IMG/VR virus record: IMGVR_UViG_3300042554_000484
Coordinates: 1 to 61,023 of that record
DNA: 61,023 nt
DNA from: a virus
Taxonomy: Duplodnaviria > Caudoviricetes
Strand: one strand, 5' to 3'
Under the pieces are notes generated by a model that was given only the letters and a program-made list of their open reading frames with translations, ran no database searches and was not told where the DNA came from. Shown here piece by piece: positions 17,280 to 27,600 of this stretch. A program made the position numbers and the translations under genes. Within the stretch, counting starts at the first letter, position 1, and the number at the start of each line of letters is the position of its first letter.

Positions 17280-18373
17280 ACAGCCTCATCCATCAGACGC
17301 AACTCCGCAAGCCACCTATCCATGTCCTGCGACGGCAAACCAGTAAGCCCGCGAGACGGCGGAATCAACACAGCCGTACACCGACAATGCGGATGCGCCG
17401 GCGGCATCGTATGACCAGTCGGGAACGCAGCGTTCCACTGCACTCGCTTCCCACTCAACGACGAACACACGTCACACGGCTTCCCACGCCGAGACGCCGA
17501 AGGAGCCACAAGCCACTCCTTCTGCGACGACCCATCCAACAGGCCCGTCTTGTACGACGCATCCCACGAAGTCTGTCGCGCCATGTTCTGCGCCAACTGC
17601 AACTCCGTGCGGGCAATCATCTCCGCCCTACGCCGAATCAGCCTGTCCCGGTACGTCTTGGTCATCACGTCGGCCTTGGCCCGCGCCGCCTCCGGTGTCA
17701 TGCCAGCCCTCACGAGTTGCCGGATCGTCGTCGAATCGTAGTTGTCGACAGCCCTAGCCCAGCGGGTATGCAGGCCCACGGTCTGCCGCAACATGCGGGC
17801 CGTGTCATACGGGGAACGGCCCTGCGCGAGAGAGTCACGAATGACGTACCGAATCGCCGTCCGGTTCGCCCTGTCAATGTCCGTCACCAGCATGGCAGCG
17901 CGAGTGTCGGCGTAATACACGGCCCTCGGATCCACGAAGTCGACGATCACGTTACGGATCGGGTTGATCGCGAACTCGTCGACACCGCCACCATCCGGCA
18001 GGGCGAGGCTCGACGGGACAATGATCCCCGAAGGCAACCGGACACCCGGATCTTGCAGGATCGGCACACCCGGCCGGGCATCATTCCGCACCAGTCGAAC
18101 GAACTCTTCCTGAGCCCGACGAAGGTACGCCTTCTTGAGTTTCTCGGCGAGGCGTGCTTCAAGATAAGCGACCGTTATGTCGTTGATGAACTCTTCCACG
18201 GCACTCGGGTCCAGCGAAGAGATCGCGTTGACGAGCCACTCGACATCGGCCACCAGCCGCGTCTCCCGCAACATGCGGGCGATCTGGTCGGCGATTGCCT
18301 GCTCCGCCGGCGTGAAGGGGTTGCTCGGGCCGTAGCCGCCGGGGCGCCGCTTGCCGCCACGGATGATCGCCAC
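17276..18373 (-). CDS. MuF-like (Mu gpF / SPP1 gp7) minor head protein, with no C-terminal toxin
   Basis: RA..IARTE, KEW, C..C, PPAHPHCRC; directly after portal. Confidence 0.85.
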   Translation of the reverse strand: MAIIRGGKRRPGGYGPSNPFTPAEQAIADQIARMLRETRLVADVEWLVNAISSLDPSAVEEFINDITVAYLEARLAEKLKKAYLRRAQEEFVRLVRNDARPGVPILQDPGVRLPSGIIVPSSLALPDGGGVDEFAINPIRNVIVDFVDPRAVYYADTRAAMLVTDIDRANRTAIRYVIRDSLAQGRSPYDTARMLRQTVGLHTRWARAVDNYDSTTIRQLVRAGMTPEAARAKADVMTKTYRDRLIRRRAEMIARTELQLAQNMARQTSWDASYKTGLLDGSSQKEWLVAPSASRRGKPCDVCSSLSGKRVQWNAAFPTGHTMPPAHPHCRCTAVLIPPSRGLTGLPSQDMDRWLAELRLMDEAV

Positions 18374-18376
18374 GGG

Positions 18377-19861
18377 TTACGCCTCTTCGTCGTCGGGCTC
18401 AGGCTCCTCGTCAGCCTTCTTACCCCCACCGAACGGTGCCGCACCACCTGGGAACGCCGGCGCGTCCGGCACAATCCCGGTGCGCTCGGCCAACTGGCGT
18501 TGCGCGTTCGGCAGAGCCAGGAGAGCCTTCTGGTCCTCTTCGCTCATGTCGGATCCGCCGGCGTCCTCGGTGTTGTGGGCAGCCGGGGGCAGGCCCGCAA
18601 GGTCGCGCAGGTGATCTTCGAGGGTGGGGTCGGGCACGAGGATGCCAGCGGCGGTCATCTTGGAGACGAAGTCGCTGATCTCGGTGAGGTCGACATGTGC
18701 CACCTCGGAGTACACGAGGTTGGGGCAGCGGGTCGTGTCCATGCCGTTGAGGCGCATGAGGCGCGGGATGGCGTGGGCGTTGATCGTGTCAGCGATCGTC
18801 TTGCACAGGCTATCCACAGCCATCGTCCACAGGTCCATCTTCGTCGCGCCGAGGGCAAACGAACCAACCCGGTCATGGCCGAGGAGGATGAAGTCGCTGA
18901 GGACCGACATGGCGATGCGCTGGTCATACCGCTGGATAATCTTGTCCGTGTCGAACTGACGTGACCCGCCCGACGACAGCAACGTCAACTCGAAGAGTTT
19001 ATGGCCCGCCTCGTCGTAGATGACGGGGAAGATGACGCCCTCGTTCTCGTTCCGCTTGATCGAGGTGACGATCTCCTTGACAGCGTTCAACACACCGATC
19101 TGCTCCGGGGTTGCTGTCGAGGACAGGTACTCCGGGGGCACATGGGCGACGGGAAGGCCGGCGAGGTCACGCTCGATACCGATCGCTTCGATCTCTTCGA
19201 TGCGGCGCTTGAAGTACCAGGGGCGGTAGGCGTTGCGGAGCAGTGAACGGCCCTCGGGGTTATTCTTCTGCGTCGTCGTGCGGAACAGCAGCGACTTGTC
19301 GATCGGGATGGTGTGCATCCCGCCACCGGACGGGTCGTACTGTGTGTACGCCTGGATTCCGCCGTCCTCGTCGAACTCCCACTTCATCCACGTCTCTTGG
19401 GCGCGGATCGGCCACTTGCGCCAGCCAATCTTGCCGTCATTGAACTTGGACCGCTTCTTCGGATCCTTCTGATCGGGGCCGAGGCGACGCTTGTACACGA
19501 TCTCGTGCCAGGACCAGCCGAACACAACGAAAGACAGGATCGAGGCGAGCGCGGAGTCCCACGAGTCGCTCATGTCATTGAGGCACTCTTCAACGAAACG
19601 GGCCGCCTCAACATCGTCCTCGGCGGGCTCGTCGGTGGCGCCGATCTCATTGAACGGGTCGATGCGCCATTCGAGGCGGGTGATGATCTTCTCGACGGCG
19701 AACAGGAATGAGCCGATGACCGGATCGTTGTCCGACATCTCCCGGTAGGTGCGGGTGCCGAGGCGGCCCCGCAACTGTGTGAGGAACTCCTCGTACACAT
19801 AGCCCGAGGAGCGGCGTAGACCGGTTGAGCCTATCTCGGTGAGATCGGGCCTCGGTGCCAT
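18377..19861 (-). CDS. Portal protein (DUF935 / Mu gp29-like)
   Basis: 494 aa; NPEGRSLLRNAY.PW.FK..I...EAIGIERDLAG.P; GSFALG. Confidence 0.88.
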   Translation of the reverse strand: MAPRPDLTEIGSTGLRRSSGYVYEEFLTQLRGRLGTRTYREMSDNDPVIGSFLFAVEKIITRLEWRIDPFNEIGATDEPAEDDVEAARFVEECLNDMSDSWDSALASILSFVVFGWSWHEIVYKRRLGPDQKDPKKRSKFNDGKIGWRKWPIRAQETWMKWEFDEDGGIQAYTQYDPSGGGMHTIPIDKSLLFRTTTQKNNPEGRSLLRNAYRPWYFKRRIEEIEAIGIERDLAGLPVAHVPPEYLSSTATPEQIGVLNAVKEIVTSIKRNENEGVIFPVIYDEAGHKLFELTLLSSGGSRQFDTDKIIQRYDQRIAMSVLSDFILLGHDRVGSFALGATKMDLWTMAVDSLCKTIADTINAHAIPRLMRLNGMDTTRCPNLVYSEVAHVDLTEISDFVSKMTAAGILVPDPTLEDHLRDLAGLPPAAHNTEDAGGSDMSEEDQKALLALPNAQRQLAERTGIVPDAPAFPGGAAPFGGGKKADEEPEPDDEEA

Positions 19862-19924
19862 GTCTCTCCCGGCTGCTCGATGGTCATGGGCGTGCTACCC
19901 CTCGGGCTAGTGTACCGGCGTGCG

Positions 19925-20095
19925 TCACTGGGGGGTGGTTACGAGTCCGGCTTCGATGAGCGCGGCGGCGGTGCGCCCGTAGTGGCCTTGCAACGTCCAT
20001 GCCATTCCGTTGTCGACGAGTGACTGGAAGAAGGCGATGGTGTCGTCTTCGCTCAACTCGCCCTGCTCGTATTTGATGAGTGTGTCGATGTTCAT
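19925..20095 (-). CDS. Small conserved phage protein
   Basis: 56 aa [14 protein letters not shown]...[21 protein letters not shown]; AAGGGAG RBS. Confidence 0.65.
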   Translation of the reverse strand: MNIDTLIKYEQGELSEDDTIAFFQSLVDNGMAWTLQGHYGRTAAALIEAGLVTTPQ

Positions 20096-20128
20096 GGTGC
20101 TCTCCCTTCTGCCCCGCTGATACGGGGG

Positions 20129-20716
20129 TTAGTTCTTCTTGGGTGGTGTGGTCTTGCAGGGGTACAGGGCGAGGCCCTGACGGAACGGGGCCATGATCCA
20201 GTTCTCGTGATGCCAACTCGACCAGCCGCCGTACTGTGTGGCGTCGAGGGTGCCGTGCCGGGTCAGTCCCCAGGGCTGCCAGTTGCGGCCCTTGTCGCTC
20301 CACCGGTACACGATCTTCGACTGGCGGTAGGGGTCCATCATCGCGGCCATCGACCACCACGGCTTACCCGAGTGCGCGGAGGCTTGGATCTGCCAGACCC
20401 CATACGCTCCACTAAACCACGGCGAGTCAGCCCCGAGGTTCTGGTGCTTAGACTCGCGCCAGGTGATGGCCCAGGCTTGCTGGTGTGCCCTGCCGGTGAA
20501 GCCGGCCCGGTACAGGATCTTCGCCATGCGGTTCTTGCATGTCCATTCGGGCTTCGGCTTCTTGTCTAGTGCGGCCCGTGCTTCTTGCATAGATTGCTGT
20601 ACAGGTGGCGGGGGTGCCGCTTCGGCGTCGAGGGACGCAGCGAAAGCGAGCGGGATGGTGATGAGGGTCGCGAGGGTGATGTCGCGGATGTTGCGGCCTC
20701 GTGCGGTGAGTCGCAT
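20129..20716 (-). CDS. Secreted lytic transglycosylase (SLT-like)
   Basis: N-terminal hydrophobic signal; AI..RES, GVWQI and W.PW lysozyme-fold motifs. Confidence 0.7.
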   Translation of the reverse strand: MRLTARGRNIRDITLATLITIPLAFAASLDAEAAPPPPVQQSMQEARAALDKKPKPEWTCKNRMAKILYRAGFTGRAHQQAWAITWRESKHQNLGADSPWFSGAYGVWQIQASAHSGKPWWSMAAMMDPYRQSKIVYRWSDKGRNWQPWGLTRHGTLDATQYGGWSSWHHENWIMAPFRQGLALYPCKTTPPKKN

Positions 20717-20920
20717 AGAGGTTCCTTTCGTCAGCGTGACTCCCGTGCGAGGAGCCAGACGGCGAGGGCGATGAAGGTCCATCCGGCGAGGATGGACAGG
20801 GCGACTGTCATCCGGTCACCTCCTCGAAGATCACGACGGCGAGGCCGTAGGCGATGGCGGCGAGTGCGAGTGCGGCAGCCAACATGGTTCTCCCTTCCGC
20901 CGGGAGTCCCCCTCCCGGTC

Positions 20921-20946
20921 AACCCCAGTGTAGCACAACGGGGGTT
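20921..20946 (-). promoter_or_regulatory. Phage promoter/operator: extended -10 TGCTACACT flanked by AACCCC/GGGGTT
   Basis: aacccccgttgTGCTACACTggggtt; repeated many times in the genome. Confidence 0.7.
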
Positions 20947-21111
20947 TCAGGCGGCGTAGGTGTGGCAGACACACTCATAACGCTCGCCACGCTCCATGAA
21001 GCCGTGACGGCAGCCCATCACCGTGTCATGCTCCGCTGCCAGATGGCGGCACTCGGCACACTTAGTGTCGATGTCAGCGATCATCATCATCGTCTAGTCA
21101 CCTCCTCTCGC

Positions 21112-21534
21112 CTAGAACGGCGGGATGTCATCCTGAACGGGAGTGGCCCACGGGTCGTCCAGCGGCTTCACAGCCACGCCGGCGCTCTCAGCCTTCCGAT
21201 ACACGCCGCGCTTCAAGTCAGGGCCGATCGAGTAGGCGTTCACCTTGAGGGACTGCCGCTCGGACCCATCCTTCGCCGTGTAGGTATCCATGTACTGCCG
21301 GCCCACGACGATGACCTGATCGCCCTTCCGCAGCGACTCGACAGCGTTCTCCCCGAGGCCCTCCCACGCCTCGACCCGATACCACGTCGTCTCCGACTCG
21401 ACCCAGGAACCGTCCGGCTGCTTAGTCGACTTCGACGTGACCATACTGAAAGAGGCAACGGACTTGCCGGCCTGAGTGAAACGGATCTCCGGGTCGCCGC
21501 CGAGACGGCCAATCAGTGTGACGTTAGTAGACAT
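21112..21534 (-). CDS. ssb: Single-stranded DNA-binding protein
   Basis: VTLIGRLGGDPEIRFT..G..VA.F...; C-terminal DDIPPF. Confidence 0.93.
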   Translation of the reverse strand: MSTNVTLIGRLGGDPEIRFTQAGKSVASFSMVTSKSTKQPDGSWVESETTWYRVEAWEGLGENAVESLRKGDQVIVVGRQYMDTYTAKDGSERQSLKVNAYSIGPDLKRGVYRKAESAGVAVKPLDDPWATPVQDDIPPF

Positions 21535-21544
21535 GCTTCTCCCT

Positions 21545-21814
21545 TCAAGAGGCTTTCATAACGGGGATTGGAATAATGTTGCGCTGCCGGCGGAGCAGGC
21601 GACGCTGATGCTCAGTCGTGCCGCCCCAGATCCCGACGACGTTGACGTGGAGGGCGTACTCCAAGCAGGCGTCCTGCATCGGGCAAACATCGCACAGAGC
21701 CTTGACTTCGCGGATGTCCCGATAGACGATGCTGTTATCGGGGGTAAAGAACAGGTCGGTTCCCACCTGTGCACAAGGCTCGGAACCGGTAAAGGCTGGG
21801 TACTTCATGCACAT
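21545..21814 (-). CDS. whiB: WhiB family transcription factor
   Basis: C...DLFF...KALCDVCP....CLEYAL...GIWGGTT...RR. Confidence 0.9.
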   Translation of the reverse strand: MCMKYPAFTGSEPCAQVGTDLFFTPDNSIVYRDIREVKALCDVCPMQDACLEYALHVNVVGIWGGTTEHQRRLLRRQRNIIPIPVMKAS

Positions 21815-22074
21815 TCTCCCTTTCGTTGTTTCAGACGGTCTTCACGAGTTGAGTTGTCGGGCCGGACACGGTAACCGTTCCGCCATACCACCCCGCCCGC
21901 GACGCCGTCGAAGTTGCTCTTCGAGGGGCGAACCGTAGTGATGCACTGCTCGACGATGGTGCACCGCTGGCAGTAATAGAGAGCGAGGCTGGCTTCGGGA
22001 AACTGGTAGTGATCGAACACTGAAGGCTCGACCCCAATACATGCGGCATCGGATAGATCCGCAATCACGCTCAC
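21805..22074 (-). CDS. Divergent WhiB-like protein
   Basis: AAC.G....FD...C..C....C...GVAGG. Confidence 0.65.
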   Translation of the reverse strand: MSVIADLSDAACIGVEPSVFDHYQFPEASLALYYCQRCTIVEQCITTVRPSKSNFDGVAGGVVWRNGYRVRPDNSTREDRLKQRKGECA

Positions 22075-22133
22075 CTCCGGTTGAGAGCCTGGGGTTCAGG
22101 CTACCCCACCTGGGGTGAATGGGCAATCACCGG

Positions 22134-22394
22134 TCAGTCGTCGTCTATCTCTTCGTCGTCGTATTCCTCGACATCGAGCATTTCGCCGGCTGCACCGAGG
22201 AGGCCGTTGATGCGCCACTGCGGGTCATCGGACGCCCACGCGGCGACACTGGCGGCCCCAGTTTCGTCAAGATATTCGCAGACAACTATCCATGTGGTGA
22301 TCATGACGGGGCCGCCTTCATCGGCAGCGAGGATGGCCTGGACGGCGTCGGGCAACACCCGGTGCGGTTCGGGCTTCTCGGGGTCCGTGGTCAC
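22134..22394 (-). CDS. Hypothetical protein
   Basis: GTG start; acidic C-terminus. Confidence 0.5.
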   Translation of the reverse strand: MTTDPEKPEPHRVLPDAVQAILAADEGGPVMITTWIVVCEYLDETGAASVAAWASDDPQWRINGLLGAAGEMLDVEEYDDEEIDDD

Positions 22395-22943
22395 GTTCCA
22401 AGGGTAGAGCCTTGGCGGGCTTTCAGTAGGGCGCAGGTGGGGCATCCGGTCGTGTCGAGACGGGCTTCAGTGGTCCATGCTCCGCAGGAGGGGCAGCGGG
22501 TGATTGCGGGGTGACTCATGGGTGGGCCTTTCGGGCGTTTCGGCGACAGAGGGCACAGTAGCGGGGGCCTTTCGGTTCGTCGTGTGGGCAGGTGTCGGGG
22601 AGGTTGTCGAGGGGGTCGGGGCGTGTGCGGGCTCGGGCTCGGAAGGCCGCAGCGGTCCATTCAGGGTTGGGGATTGGGATGGGGTGTCCTGACATGGTGG
22701 CGGGGCTGTGGGGCTCGCAGTAGGCGCCTGAGGGGTACAGGAGGGCGTCCTGGCCGCAGGTGGTGCTGGTGTCGGGGAACCAGTGCCCGCAGGTGTGTTT
22801 CCTACTCACGAGTAACCTTCCAGTGGGGGCAGGTTCGGGGCGCAGGTCTACCTCTCCACTTCCCGGCCTAGTAGGCACACCGTAGAAGCGGGTCATGAGC
22901 AGCCTTCACGTCATGAACACCGTGTTTACGCCCCGAACCCTAG

Positions 22944-23411
22944 TCAGGGGAGGAAGCGGCTGATGTCGATTCCGGCTTCCGATTCGAGGATCCTGAGTCC
23001 CTGCTCATACTTCCCGGTCAGTCGTGCTCGGATTGCAGGGTCGGGGATCCCGTCTATGCGCTGGTAGTTGTCGATCATGTCGGATGTCTTCACCCATGCG
23101 GCGATCGGGTTGCGGGCGAGTCGACTGACGTGGTCACCGTAGGGCTCATGCTTGTCGGTGCGCGTGAGCAGCCCCACGGCTTCGATCACGTCGGGGTGTG
23201 CGCCGAGGGCTCGCAGGTCGTCGAGGGTGTGCGGCGTGTCCTCGACAACGTCGTGGAGGAGGCCGGTGATGACGTAGGTGTCACCGAACTCGTGCAGTCG
23301 AGCGCCCACTCGCAGCGGGTGCAGGATGTAGGGGGATCCTTGCTTGTCGACCTGCCCGTCGTGGGCGCGGGTGGCGAACTCGATGGCGCCCTCGACGGTA
23401 ATCAGCATCAC
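22944..23411 (-). CDS. HD-domain small alarmone hydrolase (Mesh1/Aph1-like)
   Basis: A..AH.GQ.DK.G.PYI.HPLRV, LLHDVVED, VK.SD..DN. Confidence 0.88.
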   Translation of the reverse strand: MMLITVEGAIEFATRAHDGQVDKQGSPYILHPLRVGARLHEFGDTYVITGLLHDVVEDTPHTLDDLRALGAHPDVIEAVGLLTRTDKHEPYGDHVSRLARNPIAAWVKTSDMIDNYQRIDGIPDPAIRARLTGKYEQGLRILESEAGIDISRFLP

Positions 23412-25823
23412 GGCTCATTCTCCTCGGGCTCGGGGATTGTGGACAGGGTGAAACCGGTGCGGCACACCTCGGCGGCCCACATGAGATCGTCGATCTGTCG
23501 TTCACGCTCGGCGGCGAGCAAGTCGGCGTGGGGCACGTTGAACTTATGCCAGTAGGCGGGGTCGCTCATGGGTTCGAGCATCATGCAGGCTTGGGCGATC
23601 AGGTAGAGGGCGTTCTCGTAGTGCTTCTTGCCGTTGTGGCGGTTCTCGGCCATGTGGTCGAGGTAGCGGCCGACAAGGAAGTCGCGACCGTCGAGGTCTT
23701 TCGCTTCGATGCCGATGCCGGCGCAACGGCGCAGGATCATGCGCTCCTCGTCGTCGAGGTAGGTCAGTGCGTAGGTCTGCATGTCAGTTCCCCTTCGCTT
23801 CGGCGAGGAACGCATCAACCCAGGCCCGCATCTGCGGGACGGTCTCCCACGCCCCGTATCGCTCGGGCATTGTGAATGTAGTGGTATTCCAGTCGGCTCC
23901 GGGGCGACGCGCCCCGAACAGCATCCCGGCGCCCTTGAGGCCGATGGCCTGGATCTCGGTGCCGGCCTCGGTGGTCCATTCGGCGGCGATGCCGGTGCCG
24001 GTGGCGAGCGGGTAGATGTTGACGGTAGTCATGGCTAGTCCTCCTCGATGATGAAGGAGCCGACGCGGTTGCCGTTCTCGTCGCGGACGTAAACCTCGAT
24101 GAGGGCTGCGGCGCGGGGGGCGCGGTCGGCTACCTTGCTCGCGACCTCGACGAGCATGGCGGCGACTCTGTCGTAGCGCAGAGCGTCGTCGTCGTCGCGG
24201 AACGCGGCATTGTCGGTGCTGAATGTGAGTGTGAATGTGCTCATGGGTGGTCTCCTAGAACGGTGGTGTGGGGTCGGGTGTGGGGAAGAAGCCGGTCGCC
24301 TTGGCTCGGGCGATCATGCACGGCTTGCACGGTGTGTTCGTGAAGTAGCCGAGCGCATCGTCGTGCCCGCAGGTCGCGAGTAGCCCGGTCATCGGGGCTC
24401 CTCGAAGTCGGGCTCGGGCTGCGGGTCGAGGTAGCCGGTGTTCTGGTCGTATTCGCGGGTCTCGGTGGTGCGGTAGTTCTTGATGTTGGCGGCCCACTCC
24501 TCGTAGGGGATCTCGGTGCGGTCGAGCAACTCGATCATGCGGGTGCCGTCTGCGGACCAGAAGGCCCGGCGGTATGGGGTTCGGTACATGATGTTCTCCC
24601 TTCGTTCAACCCCAGTGTAGCACACGGGGGTTATGCGTCTGGTGAGCACCCCGCCGTCCAATGACAGACGGTGATGTCATGCTGAAGTCGCGTCTCACAC
24701 GCCCAACGCGGCTCCTCGCAGCAGTCCGTCATCGTCAGGCAGACCTCCCCGCACTGATTCGGGCAGCCCTCCTCGATCATCTTCAGGACGTGGGCGTAGG
24801 CGTCGCTCTTGCCGCGCTTGTGGGCACGCTCCTCGGGCGTCCACATGGCTAACCCTCGTCCGAGGCGTCGAGGATCTCGAAGTCGCCGAACGCCTTGCCC
24901 GTCATGGCGCAGGCGTTGACGTAGTCGAGAGCGGCCTCACGGTCGCCGTAGGTGGCGATGAGGTTATTCAGGTAGTACACGCGGTACGGGGCTCGGTTCA
25001 TGCGGCGGCTCCCTTCGGGAAGTCGTAGGAACGGAAAGCGTGAGCCTCCCAGACGCGCTCGCTGATCTCGTCCATGTACACGTCGGTCAACTCGCCCTTC
25101 GGGAACTTCTTGCCGGCGCGATTGAACACGCGGCGCACGGTGTAGGTGTCGCGGCCCTCGACGTAGTCGACCTCGACGGTGTAGCCGGCCCCTACGGGGA
25201 GCACGAGGGTGCCGTCGATGAGGCGCTGGCGGCCTCCTGAGACGGCCATGACGGTGATGCCGCCGATCTGGGCGAGCAGTGTGTTGGCCTGGTAGATGTC
25301 CATGTGGGCTCCTTAGAAGTCGGTCGGTTGGGTGTAGGTCTGGCCGTTCAGGGCCATGAGGACGACTCGAACGTCGCCGCCCTTGACCTTCTTGCGGGTC
25401 TTCGCCTGGAAGACGGGGATGGCGGCCAGTTGGGCGCCGTAGAGCGTGTCGGCTTCGACGGTCATCTCTTGGCCGTTCCAGAAAGCACCGTAGGTGTTCA
25501 TGCTGTCTCCTTATTGAGTCCGGCGGGCTTGTCCTCCGACTCGCAGGCGAGGCAGAAGTCTGCGTCGCTACCGAAGTAGGCGAATCCGTACTCGTCGACT
25601 GCGAGGGGCTTGACGATCTGTGTGCGCCCGCACGCCTTGTGGATGATGGTCATGGTGCCGTCGAGAGCGACGGTGTAAGTGGCGTTCTTCACGATGCCTC
25701 CTTGTGATCGGTGGCGCCGCAGTCACCGCAGAACGCGGTCCCCTCGGCGACGCGGGTGTAGGTCTCGCGGCCAGACCAATCGCAGTAGACGGTCTTGCCG
25801 AACTCTTGGCGGATGATTCTCAT
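23408..25823 (-). other. Run of about 11 small, tightly coupled hypothetical accessory genes (e.g. 23784-24032, 24035-24244, 24631-24846, 24998-25303, 25313-25501, 25498-25692)
   Basis: Overlapping stop/start junctions and AAGGGAG/GGAG RBSs; no recognisable families. Confidence 0.6.
24608..24632 (-). promoter_or_regulatory. Repeated promoter/operator
   Basis: aacccccgtgTGCTACACTggggtt. Confidence 0.7.
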
Positions 25824-25843
25824 GGGGTCTCCCTTCCCTGTCT

Positions 25844-25869
25844 AACCCCCAGTTTAGCACACCCTGGTT
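25844..25869 (-). promoter_or_regulatory. Repeated promoter/operator
   Basis: aaccagggtgTGCTAAACTgggggtt. Confidence 0.65.
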
Positions 25870-26414
25870 TAGTCCTCGGGCAGGGGGGTATCGACAATCT
25901 GCCGCACCCGCTCCCGAGTCAGCCCGAGCACCGTAGCGATCGACTGAAGCGTTACCCCCTCAGCCCGCAGCCCACGCAACTTGCGAATCAGGGCGTGCGC
26001 CGCCCTCGTCTCCCAGCGGCCACGGTAACCGGCGACGGCCTTCACGCTGTCGCTCTCGTACTGAATCCACGCCACCTCCTCCTGGGTCAGGGGGCGGTGC
26101 TTTCGAGGCTTCACGGCCCTCCTAGAGGGCCTGGTGACCGTTCGGCGGGGCACGGCCAGCATCCCCTGGCGGCGGGCCGTGAGAATCTGCTGATTCACCG
26201 AACCCTCCGGCCAGTCGATCGCCCGAGCCATCGCCGACGCCGACACCCCGTCGAGATACAGCCACGCGGCGACACGCCGGAACTCGGCATTGTTCGCCCG
26301 GCGCTCCTCAGTCCATGGCGGAGTCGACGCGAACATGGCGGCGGTCACCCGCAGCCACTCAGCCTCCAACTCGGTGAGCGGGCGACCCTCCACGGCCTTC
26401 ACTGTCTTGCTCAT
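25869..26414 (-). CDS. HTH DNA-binding protein (sigma70 region 4-like, two HTH repeats)
   Basis: GVSASAMARAI and GVTLQSIATVLGLTRERVRQI. Confidence 0.7.
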   Translation of the reverse strand: MSKTVKAVEGRPLTELEAEWLRVTAAMFASTPPWTEERRANNAEFRRVAAWLYLDGVSASAMARAIDWPEGSVNQQILTARRQGMLAVPRRTVTRPSRRAVKPRKHRPLTQEEVAWIQYESDSVKAVAGYRGRWETRAAHALIRKLRGLRAEGVTLQSIATVLGLTRERVRQIVDTPLPED

Positions 26415-27280
26415 GAGCGCCTCCTCTTGGCGTACTTGGCTTCCAACTCGGCCCGCTTCTCCTCCACGGTCACGCCGTGCTTCCCGGCCAGGGCCTCCTC
26501 GATCAGGGCCATGCGCTCCCGCAACCGGGCCTTGCCGGCCTCGTCGCTCGTGAAGCCGAGGTAGTCGACGGCGCCGTACCACTCGGACACGGCAGTGCGC
26601 TCGGTCTTGATCTCCTCCATCCACTCCCGCCCGTACCGGTTCGGCAGCATCAGCGGCTCGCCGGAGGCAGTCGGGGCGGCGGCCCTGCGCTTCGCGTCAC
26701 GCTCGGCCTTCTTCGCCTCGCGCTCGGCGCGTGCGGCCTCCTTCGCCACCTTCTCCTCATTCACGATGGTCGAGGGACGGTTCAGCACCTCAGCCGGGGC
26801 GGACGGGTAGCACACGGTGCAAGCCATCTCGCCTGCGGCCTCGACGATCTCGGTCTCGGTGGCGCCGGAGAACTCGGTCAGCCATGCGAACTCGGTCGAC
26901 TCGAAGCACGTCGAGCAGGAGCGGCTCTTGTGGACGTGGCCGTTGGCGTTCTTCACGAGGAAGGCCCGGTTCCACTTCTCTTCGAGGTAGACGGCGTGCA
27001 TCTCGCGGTACTCGGTGGTGACCTGAGCGTGGTTAGCGATGGCCTTGTCGCGGGCGGCCTTGGCGTATGCCTGCTTGTCGGCCATGTAGGCGGGCACCTC
27101 AGCGGCGAGGGCCTCTTCGAGGGTGCCGTCCCACTGCTTCTCGCGCCAGTCGAATCGCTGGCCGGCGTTGCGGCGGATGGCGTCTTCGGCGTGGCCGATG
27201 TCCATGGCGAGGACGTACTCGGCCCATCCGAGGTCGGCGAGGCGCTCGTCGACTGTGCGTGCGAGGTCTCTGATGCTCAT
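26411..27280 (-). CDS. Conserved actinophage-type Cys/His-containing protein
   Basis: W.RAFLV...NGHVH....CSTC...W...SG...AGE.ACTVCYP.AP. Confidence 0.65.
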   Translation of the reverse strand: MSIRDLARTVDERLADLGWAEYVLAMDIGHAEDAIRRNAGQRFDWREKQWDGTLEEALAAEVPAYMADKQAYAKAARDKAIANHAQVTTEYREMHAVYLEEKWNRAFLVKNANGHVHKSRSCSTCFESTEFAWLTEFSGATETEIVEAAGEMACTVCYPSAPAEVLNRPSTIVNEEKVAKEAARAEREAKKAERDAKRRAAAPTASGEPLMLPNRYGREWMEEIKTERTAVSEWYGAVDYLGFTSDEAGKARLRERMALIEEALAGKHGVTVEEKRAELEAKYAKRRRS

Positions 27281-27298
27281 GCTTTCTCCCTTCGTCAT

Positions 27299-27325
27299 AA
27301 CCCCAGTGTAGCATACCCCCGGTTT
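27299..27325 (-). promoter_or_regulatory. Repeated promoter/operator
   Basis: aaaccgggggtaTGCTACACTggggtt. Confidence 0.7.
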
Positions 27326-27600
27326 AGGCCCCGGAGGTGGGGTGCTAATCCCACCCCCGACAGCCGCAGTAGAACCTGTCGAACTCGGACGGGGCACGCT
27401 CCTCGAAGTCGTGATCCGTAATCCCAGCCCGCCCCGTCAGCGGATTCCACTTCAGGTGCGCGATGCGGGAGTAGCCGCAACGGCAGTGGTCGACCGCCCA
27501 CCCTGAGCCCGGACCCCGATACTCGACGAAAGCGGCGAGCGGATTCGTCGACTCGGTTTCGGCGCCGCAGTGGCAGCGGGCTCGCCGGCCTTCGAGCCTG

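Noticed and set aside
17276-18373. Classical MuF-toxin fusion
   Set aside because: MuF stops about 30 aa after HPHCRC; the toxin-like domains are in separate downstream ORFs in a different frame (GTGA overlap).
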